Below, one piece after another: positions 57,318-64,000 of a DNA stretch of 64,000 nt (its first letter is position 1; each line of letters opens with the position of its first letter). A program made the translations under genes and the position numbers. This stretch comes from a virus. The stretch is from IMG/VR virus record IMGVR_UViG_3300046832_000578, one strand, 5' to 3'. The notes under the pieces were generated by a model. It ran no database searches and was not told where the DNA came from. It saw only the letters and a program-made list of their open reading frames with translations.

Positions 57318-57391
57318 GCCCAATTAGTTAAATGGTAGAACATCGGTTTTGTAATCCGAGGATGGGAGTTCGATTCTCTCATTGGGCACCA
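57318..57391 (+). tRNA. tRNA-Thr(UGU)
   Basis: anticodon TGT, CCA. Confidence 0.88.
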
Positions 57392-57397
57392 AATTTC

Positions 57398-57472
57398 GGT
57401 GATGTAGCACAGCGGTAGTGCAACTGCTTCATACGCAGTAGGTCAGTGGCTCGAATCCACTCATCACCACCA
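57398..57472 (+). tRNA. tRNA-Met(CAU), elongator
   Basis: anticodon CAT, paired 1:72. Confidence 0.82.
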
Positions 57473-57480
57473 AAAGTTTT

Positions 57481-57557
<77 letters not shown>

Positions 57558-57574
57558 AGATAAGTAGTGTTATT

Positions 57575-58312
57575 ATGAAACGAATGGCATTATACCTGCA
57601 CGACCCAGAATGTTCTGAAGATTGCGTATATGCAATGGTTCATGCACTGTCGTCTTCATATCAAATTAGAATTTTTAGCGAGAGGGAATTAGATGATGAT
57701 GACTTCTTTACCAGTATTGATGTTATTGCTTTTCCTGGTGGTATTGGTGATAGCGACTCGTATTTTAATTTCTTCACTAGAAGAAGAGCGAATCGAATCG
57801 CCGAATTCATACAGAGAGGTGGTTGCTATCTTGGTATCTGCATGGGTGCTTATTGGGCTGGAAGTCGGTATTTTGATATACTGGATAATTTAGATTCTGT
57901 ACAGTATATCAAAAGACCAACAGCAGACATTCGCAGATCTTATGCCACGACTGCTAAGATAGAATGGAATGGCTCGACAGAGCAGATGTACTTCTATGAT
58001 GGTTGCACTTTTGTTGGAGAGAATTTTAAAACAATTGCGACATATGCCAATGGTGATCCAATGGCAATCATTCAAGGAAGAGTAGGATTAATAGGATGTC
58101 ATCCTGAAGCACCAAAGTATTGGTATGAGAAACCATGGCAATACATAGAGAAACATTGGAACGATGGAAGACACAGTGAGTTATTGTTAGATTTTGTAAA
58201 CGAGTTATGCCCAGATGGTGGAATTGGTAGACACGCTGGTCTTAGAAGCCAGTCTTCGGGTGAGAGTTCGAGTCTCTCTCTGGGCACCATACAAGGAGAA
58301 CAGATTGCGTAA
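57575..58312 (+). CDS. class I glutamine amidotransferase-like (BPL_N-like) protein; 3' end runs through tRNA-Leu
   Basis: FPGG, YLGICMGAY nucleophile elbow, GCHPE. Confidence 0.8.
   Translation: MKRMALYLHDPECSEDCVYAMVHALSSSYQIRIFSERELDDDDFFTSIDVIAFPGGIGDSDSYFNFFTRRRANRIAEFIQRGGCYLGICMGAYWAGSRYFDILDNLDSVQYIKRPTADIRRSYATTAKIEWNGSTEQMYFYDGCTFVGENFKTIATYANGDPMAIIQGRVGLIGCHPEAPKYWYEKPWQYIEKHWNDGRHSELLLDFVNELCPDGGIGRHAGLRSQSSGESSSLSLGTIQGEQIA
58209..58289 (+). tRNA. tRNA-Leu(UAG)
   Basis: anticodon TAG, typical Leu D-arm, CCA. Confidence 0.9.
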
Positions 58313-58550
58313 TCTGAAAGGTAAGCGTATCAAAGAATTCGGTAGTACAGTAGTTGTTGAAGATGGTAAGTTTGAAAAAGCAATCAGACAATTCAAGAAG
58401 AAAGTAGAAGATAGTGGATTGTTGATGTTGTTGCGAGAAAAACAAGCATATATTAAACCAACAACAAAAAGAAAAGTAGCAAAGAATGCAGCTAAGAAAA
58501 GATGGAAAAAGAAATTAGCACTGCAATCAATGCCTGAGAAATTATATTAA
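58305..58550 (+). CDS. rpsU: ribosomal protein bS21
   Basis: FEKAIRQFKKKV...GL...LRE...Y.KPTTKRK...AAKKR; AAGGAG RBS before TTG. Confidence 0.9.
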   Translation: MRNLKGKRIKEFGSTVVVEDGKFEKAIRQFKKKVEDSGLLMLLREKQAYIKPTTKRKVAKNAAKKRWKKKLALQSMPEKLY

Positions 58551-58557
58551 GTTTTAT

Positions 58558-58632
58558 TCCAGTGTAGCACAGCGGTAGTGCAGTTGACTGTTAATCAATT
58601 GGTCGTTGGTTCGATCCCAGCCACTGGAGCCA
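58558..58632 (+). tRNA. tRNA-Asn(GUU)
   Basis: anticodon GTT, G73. Confidence 0.9.
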
Positions 58633-58637
58633 GTTTT

Positions 58638-58712
58638 GGGTTGTTAGTTTAGTTGGGAAAACACTTGCCTTGCACGCAGGAGTGGGGAGTTCGAATCTCC
58701 CACGATCCACCA
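58638..58712 (+). tRNA. tRNA-Ala(UGC)
   Basis: anticodon TGC, G3.U70. Confidence 0.9.
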
Positions 58713-58728
58713 AATAAGTAGTTGTTAT

Positions 58729-58804
58729 GCTCTGTTAGCTCAGTTGGTAGAGCAACTGATTAGTAATCAGTAGGTCTGCGGTTCGAATCCGTAACAGAGC
58801 ACCA
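58729..58804 (+). tRNA. tRNA-Thr(AGU)
   Basis: anticodon loop TT-AGT-AA, canonical cloverleaf. Confidence 0.88.
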
Positions 58805-58820
58805 AATTATAGGAGTAGAT

Positions 58821-59039
58821 ATGAGTGATGGTGGTAAAGGTAGTAAACCAAGACCATTTAGTGTAGATCAAGAAACTTTCGAGAATAATTTCGATAGAAT
58901 TTTTGGTAAAAAGAATACATTGCCAGAGTATGAATTAAACAAATCAACTGGCGAAGTGCAGAAAGTGGATGACAACACAGGTGTGACACAGGATGAGTAT
59001 CAAGACATTCTCAGCACCGAAGATTGTCTAACAAAATAA
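58821..59039 (+). CDS. hypothetical protein (MSDGGKGSKPRP family)
   Basis: AGGAG RBS. Confidence 0.7.
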   Translation: MSDGGKGSKPRPFSVDQETFENNFDRIFGKKNTLPEYELNKSTGEVQKVDDNTGVTQDEYQDILSTEDCLTK

Positions 59040-59040
59040 T

Positions 59041-59114
59041 ATCTCGATAGTGTAATGGCAGCATACCAGTCTCCAAAACTGTTGGTCGGGGTTCGAGTCC
59101 CTGTCGGGATGCCA
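59041..59114 (+). tRNA. tRNA-Trp(CCA)
   Basis: anticodon CCA, G73. Confidence 0.88.
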
Positions 59115-59116
59115 AT

Positions 59117-59190
59117 GCGGGATTAGTTTAATGGTAAAACTACAGATTTCCAATCTGTTGTTATCAGTTCGATTCTGATATTCCGCTCCA
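59117..59190 (+). tRNA. tRNA-Gly(UCC)
   Basis: anticodon TCC, U73. Confidence 0.9.
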
Positions 59191-59208
59191 ATTAAGATAG
59201 AGGTAATC

Positions 59209-59685
59209 ATGCGTAAAGATATTGACATCGATGAAGTGAAAGACTTTATCATGGCACAGAGTCCTGAATCAAAGATTTATATCGGTGGTGACTCTGAACG
59301 ATTTAATATCGGAAATGAATTCTACGCTGATTACATCTTAGTAATTGTTGTTCATATTAATGGTAATAATGGTTGTAAAATCTTCGGTGAAGTGTCTCGT
59401 GAGAGATGCTACGACCAGAAGAAAGATAAACCACGTATGCGATTGATGAATGAAGTTTATAAGATTGCAGATCTATACCTAAAACTGCATGATGTTCTGG
59501 AGGACAGAGAAGTCCAAGTGCATCTGGATATCAACCCAGACGAAATGCATGGATCATCATGTGTAATCAACGAAGCAGTTGGTTACATTAAAGGTATGTG
59601 CAATGTAGTTCCATTCGTAAAACCAAACGCATTTGCAGCATCCTACGCTGCAGACAGATACAAGTCTTACATGCGTGCAGCATAA
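59209..59685 (+). CDS. RNase H-like YkuK (DUF458) family protein
   Basis: IYIGGDS, RLMNEV, VHLDIN, KPNAFAAS.AAD. Confidence 0.8.
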   Translation: MRKDIDIDEVKDFIMAQSPESKIYIGGDSERFNIGNEFYADYILVIVVHINGNNGCKIFGEVSRERCYDQKKDKPRMRLMNEVYKIADLYLKLHDVLEDREVQVHLDINPDEMHGSSCVINEAVGYIKGMCNVVPFVKPNAFAASYAADRYKSYMRAA

Positions 59686-59686
59686 T

Positions 59687-59715
59687 TTGACATGCAGTCT
59701 ATTTTATTGTATAAT
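59687..59715 (+). promoter_or_regulatory. consensus sigma70 promoter
   Basis: TTGACA-17-TATAAT. Confidence 0.8.
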
Positions 59716-59728
59716 AAGTAGTAAGAGT

Positions 59729-59803
59729 GCAGGATTAATTCAGTGGTAGAATGTCTGCTTGCCAAGCAGAATGCCATCGGTTCGAACCCGATATCCTGCT
59801 CCA
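59729..59803 (+). tRNA. tRNA-Gly(GCC)
   Basis: anticodon GCC, U73. Confidence 0.9.
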
Positions 59804-59816
59804 ACATGGAGATAAT

Positions 59817-60017
59817 ATGACAGATAAAGTTGAACCAATTTCGTTTAAAGAGCAGTGGGAAGCAAAGAAACTACTCAAGCGTACCAAGAAGAAAGCCAAG
59901 AAAGATCTGCTCAATCGTGGACATTCTCCCAGAGAAGCCAGTGGTATGATTAAGCAAGCACTCAAAAATATTCAATCCAATAAGCCAATCAAACGTGCTG
60001 CTGGACGAGGTGGATAA
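59817..60017 (+). CDS. small basic hypothetical protein
   Basis: GGAG RBS. Confidence 0.6.
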   Translation: MTDKVEPISFKEQWEAKKLLKRTKKKAKKDLLNRGHSPREASGMIKQALKNIQSNKPIKRAAGRGG

Positions 60018-60025
60018 AAAAGTTT

Positions 60026-60033
60026 TATAAATA
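60026..60033 (+). promoter_or_regulatory. T4-type late promoter
   Basis: TATAAATA. Confidence 0.7.
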
Positions 60034-60420
60034 GATGTGAATCAGGGAAAGGGAAAAAGAACTGATTCGCCTTTATTATTGTTAGTATAATCACCGAAAA
60101 GATGTGAAAAGGGAATAGGTGGAGTAGTTGTTTTTATTATTAGGATTCCAAAGATAATGTTAAATTTCGGACAAAGTGCGATTGAGTTCGTGTCCTTACC
60201 AAGAATAGTGAGCATTCTCACTGCGGTAGGATATGAATCTTATTTCCCACGACCTTAGTACTCAGTCGAGTTACTCGAACATCTGCGTATGGCTCAATGC
60301 CATCTGCGGAACAGTACACTGCTACACATTTTCTAACGATCCAACAATACAGATCCGCAGATGGCTCAATGCTGTCTGCGGATTTTTTCATTCTAAATTC
60401 CCTTTTTACGGAGTAAAAAT

Positions 60421-61461
60421 ATGCCTTCTACAATCTTAGGCGAACACGCACTCACACTAGTAGCAGGAACTACTGCACAACGACCAGCGTCACCAGTCGA
60501 AGGTATGACTCGATATAATACAACAATTGGTGTAGTAGAATCGTATCATGGCACAGGTGGATGGATTGCATTATCCAATGTCTTTCAAGCAGTTGGTGGA
60601 ACAGAAAGTACTATTAGTGGATACAAATATCATATATTCACATCATCATCTACATTTACAGTTCAATCTGGTACAAGAACTGTTGAATTCGTTGCAGTTG
60701 CTGGTGGTGCTAGTGGTGGTGGACGACATGGTGGTGGTGGCGGTGCTGGTGGTATGGTTATTGGGTCTCGTTCTGTAGCATCTGGTGCATATACAGTTAC
60801 AGTTGGTGGTGGTGGTGCTGCTGCTTACGGTTCACAGGTTGCAGGTAATGATGGTGGAACTACATTCTTTGGTGACACTGCAACTGGTGGTGGTGGTGGT
60901 GGTGCATACAATGGCACAAATGGTCGAAATGGTGGATCTGGTGGTGGTGCTGGTCACTCAAATACAAATGCTGGAGCATCAAATCAAGTAGCATCTACTT
61001 TTGGTACTGCTTATGGTTTTGCAGGTGGCAACAATCCATCTGGTGGTAATGAAGCATCAGGAGGTGGTGGTGCTGGTGGTGTTGGTGCAGTCGCACAAGG
61101 TGAGGTTAAAGGTGGTGATGGTGGCGCAGGAAGAATATGGTCTGATGGATACTACTATGCTGGTGGCGGTGGTGGAGCAGCGTGGGCAGGTAATACTGGT
61201 GGCACTGGAGGTATTGGCGGTGGCGGTGGTGGAAATATTGCTGGTGGTGCTGGTACTGTTGGACAAGGTGGTGGTTCTGCCAGAAATAGTGGGCAAGCAG
61301 GTGCAAATGCACCAAACAATAGTGTAGCTACCTTCGGAGGAGCAGGTGGTGCAAATACTGGTGGTGGTGGTGGTGGATCAGGACAAGCAGATAACGAGGG
61401 TTATATTAGTTACTCTGGTGCTGGTGGATCTGGTATCGTTGTTATTAGATATGAATTATAA
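60421..61461 (+). CDS. glycine-rich virion (fibre-type) protein
   Basis: GTTAQRP, YKYHIFT, many GGGG runs, GSGIVVIRY end. Confidence 0.8.
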   Translation: MPSTILGEHALTLVAGTTAQRPASPVEGMTRYNTTIGVVESYHGTGGWIALSNVFQAVGGTESTISGYKYHIFTSSSTFTVQSGTRTVEFVAVAGGASGGGRHGGGGGAGGMVIGSRSVASGAYTVTVGGGGAAAYGSQVAGNDGGTTFFGDTATGGGGGGAYNGTNGRNGGSGGGAGHSNTNAGASNQVASTFGTAYGFAGGNNPSGGNEASGGGGAGGVGAVAQGEVKGGDGGAGRIWSDGYYYAGGGGGAAWAGNTGGTGGIGGGGGGNIAGGAGTVGQGGGSARNSGQAGANAPNNSVATFGGAGGANTGGGGGGSGQADNEGYISYSGAGGSGIVVIRYEL

Positions 61462-61472
61462 GGAGATTATAA

Positions 61473-61844
61473 ATGGCACATTTTGCTAAAGTATTAAACA
61501 ATCTAGTCACTCAAGTGATAGTGGCAGAACCAGAGTTTTTTGAAACATTCGTAGACACTGTTCCTGGAAAATGGATTCAAACTTCATATAACACTTATGG
61601 TGGAATACATTATGATCCAATGACTCGTGAAGCATCTGTCGACCAATCTAAAGCACTTCGTAAAAATTATGCAACCATTGGTGGCAGCTATAATGAGCAG
61701 TTAGATGCATTTATTCCACCTAAGCCATACGCAAGCTGGACATTAGATGAGGATACTTGTTTATGGAACGCACCTAGTGCAAGACCAGAAGGTTTTTACA
61801 CTTGGAATGAAGATATTTTAAATTGGGAAGAACTCCCAGAATAA
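61473..61844 (+). CDS. partner of the glycine-rich protein (MAHFA...WIQTSYN...RKNYA family)
   Basis: recurring phage family found next to Gly-rich proteins. Confidence 0.75.
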   Translation: MAHFAKVLNNLVTQVIVAEPEFFETFVDTVPGKWIQTSYNTYGGIHYDPMTREASVDQSKALRKNYATIGGSYNEQLDAFIPPKPYASWTLDEDTCLWNAPSARPEGFYTWNEDILNWEELPE

Positions 61845-61849
61845 GACTT

Positions 61850-61951
61850 AGGGTTACAGGTTATTCCCTTATCCTGTAACCCCAAGAATGCCAGAGCGTA
61901 ATCCCCTTTATCTCTGGCGATGCTAGAAGGTTATTCCCTTTCCAACTAGCA
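61850..61951 (+). repeat. three tandem hairpins with a shared T(T/A)ATYCCCTT loop
   Basis: gggttacagg/cctgtaaccc, gccagag/ctctggc, tgctag/ctagca. Confidence 0.75.
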
Positions 61952-61975
61952 CCACCCACGTGGCAATGTGGACTA

Positions 61976-62000
61976 AGGCACTCGCAAGAGTGCCTTTTTT
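61976..62000 (+). terminator. intrinsic terminator (GCAA tetraloop)
   Basis: aaggcactc-GCAA-gagtgcctttttt. Confidence 0.9.
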
Positions 62001-62015
62001 ATTTAGTATTTAAAC

Positions 62016-62044
62016 TTGTCTCGCAATCTCACTCGATGTATAAT
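62016..62044 (+). promoter_or_regulatory. sigma70-type promoter
   Basis: TTGTCT-17-TATAAT. Confidence 0.75.
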
Positions 62045-62066
62045 AAATACCATAAAGGAGCAAATT

Positions 62067-62258
62067 GTGATAATTCTTTCTTGTGGACATCGAGAAGATA
62101 ACTTTGATAAACATTACAGCATCATGACCAAAGAATGGTCGAGAGAAAACACGAAGGCGATCGGTTACAAGACTGTTTGCCTTTATTGTTATGATCAACA
62201 TGAAAAACATGGTGAATTGCTCTATACAGATGCTGAAGCAATGGAGTGGTTAAAATGA
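62067..62258 (+). CDS. small zinc-binding hypothetical protein
   Basis: AAGGAG RBS, GTG start; SCGH...CLYC. Confidence 0.6.
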   Translation: MIILSCGHREDNFDKHYSIMTKEWSRENTKAIGYKTVCLYCYDQHEKHGELLYTDAEAMEWLK

Positions 62259-62370
62259 GTTGTATAGATTGCAATGGATTGTGTCAACAGGGCAAGTATT
62301 GTCCGCATCGTAGAACATGGGACAATCACTATCATAGAAGATACCTAACCTTAATAGAAAGCATACGAGC

Positions 62371-62568
62371 ATGGCTACAGAAAACATTCAAGAAACACCA
62401 CTGACATACGAAGCATGGAAAGGTGATCTTGCTCCATCCTTTGATGATAAGATGATTACCAGCATGCAAAGACTGCATGGAATCGACTACAAAAAAGAGT
62501 TCGAGGAGATGCTACAGCGAGAGTATCAAGAATACCTGAGCAACTTTAATGGAAACTGGTTACTATGA
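62371..62568 (+). CDS. hypothetical protein
   Basis: ORF in small-gene array. Confidence 0.55.
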   Translation: MATENIQETPLTYEAWKGDLAPSFDDKMITSMQRLHGIDYKKEFEEMLQREYQEYLSNFNGNWLL

Positions 62569-62765
62569 TTACGAAAGAAAAACTGGAGAATCACATCCAG
62601 CATCTACAAGAACAGCATAGAGCAATAGATAAAGAAATAACAGAAATGGATTGTCACTGGGATGAGTCGCCCGAGTGCCACGATCTTAAAAAGAAGCGAC
62701 TTAGACTAAAAGACGAGATAGAAAAACATAAGAAGTCATTATTCATACTATCTCTAAAGGTATAA
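62565..62765 (+). CDS. DUF465/YdcH-like coiled-coil protein
   Basis: L.EQH..ID.EI...LKKKRLRLKDEI. Confidence 0.7.
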   Translation: MITKEKLENHIQHLQEQHRAIDKEITEMDCHWDESPECHDLKKKRLRLKDEIEKHKKSLFILSLKV

Positions 62766-62948
62766 ATGACATTTACAAAGTGGTTGCTGGGAATAGCGAC
62801 GATTGTTCTCTTTCCCTTTACGCTGGTTATTCTAACACTCTATGCAGTTTTCATTCGAATCCCTCACTGGCTCGGTGGAATGATGTTGGAATGGTTCGAT
62901 GAACTAAGAAAGAAACTCAATGAAAACAATACAAGAACAAGAGACTGA
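62766..62948 (+). CDS. small membrane protein
   Basis: hydrophobic helix. Confidence 0.55.
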   Translation: MTFTKWLLGIATIVLFPFTLVILTLYAVFIRIPHWLGGMMLEWFDELRKKLNENNTRTRD

Positions 62949-63108
62949 AGCCATCCTAGCGATGGGTAGAGAACTCGAAGAACTTCGAGCATGGAAACAA
63001 CGACATCTGGACACTGCCAAAAAGATCGTGGAATTCACCAGAATGTATCCACCATCTTACAAACAAAAAGTGGCAGAAGCACCCAAGCACATCGGCTACG
63101 AGTCTTAG
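62920..63108 (+). CDS. hypothetical protein
   Basis: ORF in small-gene array. Confidence 0.5.
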   Translation: MKTIQEQETEAILAMGRELEELRAWKQRHLDTAKKIVEFTRMYPPSYKQKVAEAPKHIGYES

Positions 63109-63140
63109 TCTAGTCTCTCTTATTTCTACGGGAAACGAAA

Positions 63141-63353
63141 ATGAAACTCATTCGATATCGTGATGCAGGAATGCATACTCATACCTACTTCTGGACTGAT
63201 AGTAAACATCGTGTGGTCTCACCATACTTTGACACTGAACAAGAAGCACAGGAATGGGCTGGAGATAAACTCACTGCTCTTGATGATCCAAAGAGAATAG
63301 AATTCGAGAAGAATCGAAACTATGAATGGGATGAATGGAAATCAATCAAATGA
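63141..63353 (+). CDS. hypothetical protein
   Basis: ORF in small-gene array. Confidence 0.55.
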   Translation: MKLIRYRDAGMHTHTYFWTDSKHRVVSPYFDTEQEAQEWAGDKLTALDDPKRIEFEKNRNYEWDEWKSIK

Positions 63354-63646
63354 AATATCTACTATCACTACTACTCATATCCAATCTGGCATATGCAGAA
63401 TCCTTTGGCACATCAATAGAATTCGGATGTGAGAAGACAGATAAACTGATAGAAGCTATAAAATCCTCCGACTACAGAGAAAAGATGCACTGGGGTGGAC
63501 AAATGCCGTCTGATCAGTCTGTTTTTTCTCTCTGGGTAAACGAATCTACAAAATCATGGACACTACTTAAATCATCCATCAATGGATACTCTTGCATCAT
63601 GGGAGCAGGAACAGAATCCAAGGTAGCTGAGAGTGAAACAATATGA
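63350..63646 (+). CDS. exported hypothetical protein
   Basis: signal peptide; WVN..TKSWTL...CIMG.G. Confidence 0.6.
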   Translation: MKYLLSLLLISNLAYAESFGTSIEFGCEKTDKLIEAIKSSDYREKMHWGGQMPSDQSVFSLWVNESTKSWTLLKSSINGYSCIMGAGTESKVAESETI

Positions 63647-63658
63647 AAAGAGTAAAGA

Positions 63659-63844
63659 ATGAAGTTTAGCTGTCCAAAACGAATCGAAATAGATTATATT
63701 CACTGGTATAAGTGGTTTGCATGGTATCCTGTAAGAGTGGGAGATAATGACTGTCGCTGGCTGGAATTCGTATACAGAAAAGCCATTCCCAAGACCTATG
63801 TGAACTACGATGATTGTCAACCATATGAATACAGAGAATATTGA
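63659..63844 (+). CDS. hypothetical protein (WFAWYPVR family)
   Basis: recurring phage motif. Confidence 0.6.
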   Translation: MKFSCPKRIEIDYIHWYKWFAWYPVRVGDNDCRWLEFVYRKAIPKTYVNYDDCQPYEYREY

Positions 63845-63887
63845 GTCGCTATACCAATAATCCCATTAACTTTCCTAAGGAGTAACT

Positions 63888-64000
63888 ATGAATAAAGATG
63901 AATACATTAAGTTTCTGGAAGAGAGACTAAAGCATTCCGATGAACAACTGATTAAAGCGATGCAAATGCTGGCTAAACTAATGAGTAAGATGAAGGATGC
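63888..64000 (+). CDS. hypothetical protein, truncated by the window end
   Basis: AAGGAG RBS; open to the end. Confidence 0.5.
   Translation, partial: MNKDEYIKFLEERLKHSDEQLIKAMQMLAKLMSKMKD

Noticed and set aside
55955-57338. ORFs called across the tRNA array
   Set aside because: They overlap clear tRNA cloverleafs or structured spacers and lack RBSs.

Overview
A 64-kb, AT-rich, almost entirely plus-strand segment of a large T4-like (Tevenvirinae/Straboviridae-style) myophage. The likely host is a freshwater betaproteobacterium, probably Methylophilaceae, judging from an unannotated pqqA peptide and the bS21, IscU and desaturase sequence types. It carries T4 replication genes (gp44/gp62, regA, gp30 ligase, dexA-like exonuclease, gp43, uvsX, gp41, gp61, rnh, dsbA) and nucleotide metabolism genes (thyX, nrdAB, dCMP deaminase, MazG-like). 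There is a DNA hypermodification cluster (TET/JBP oxygenase, Ntn-amidotransferase, GNAT, amino acid:DNA transferase, P-loop kinase), a block of putative injected head proteins, spanins, and host-like genes (pqqA, hsp20, desaturase, iscU, iscA/erpA, rpsU, an ArfA-like peptide). A 28-tRNA array covers all 20 amino acids. The most striking observation is a candidate ribosome-dependent transcription attenuator at the head of the tRNA array: a 41-codon leader peptide that samples 31 different codons and overlaps mutually exclusive antiterminator/terminator hairpins. This would let the phage switch on its own tRNAs when host tRNAs are depleted or cleaved. All calls come from reading the sequence; no database searches were run.
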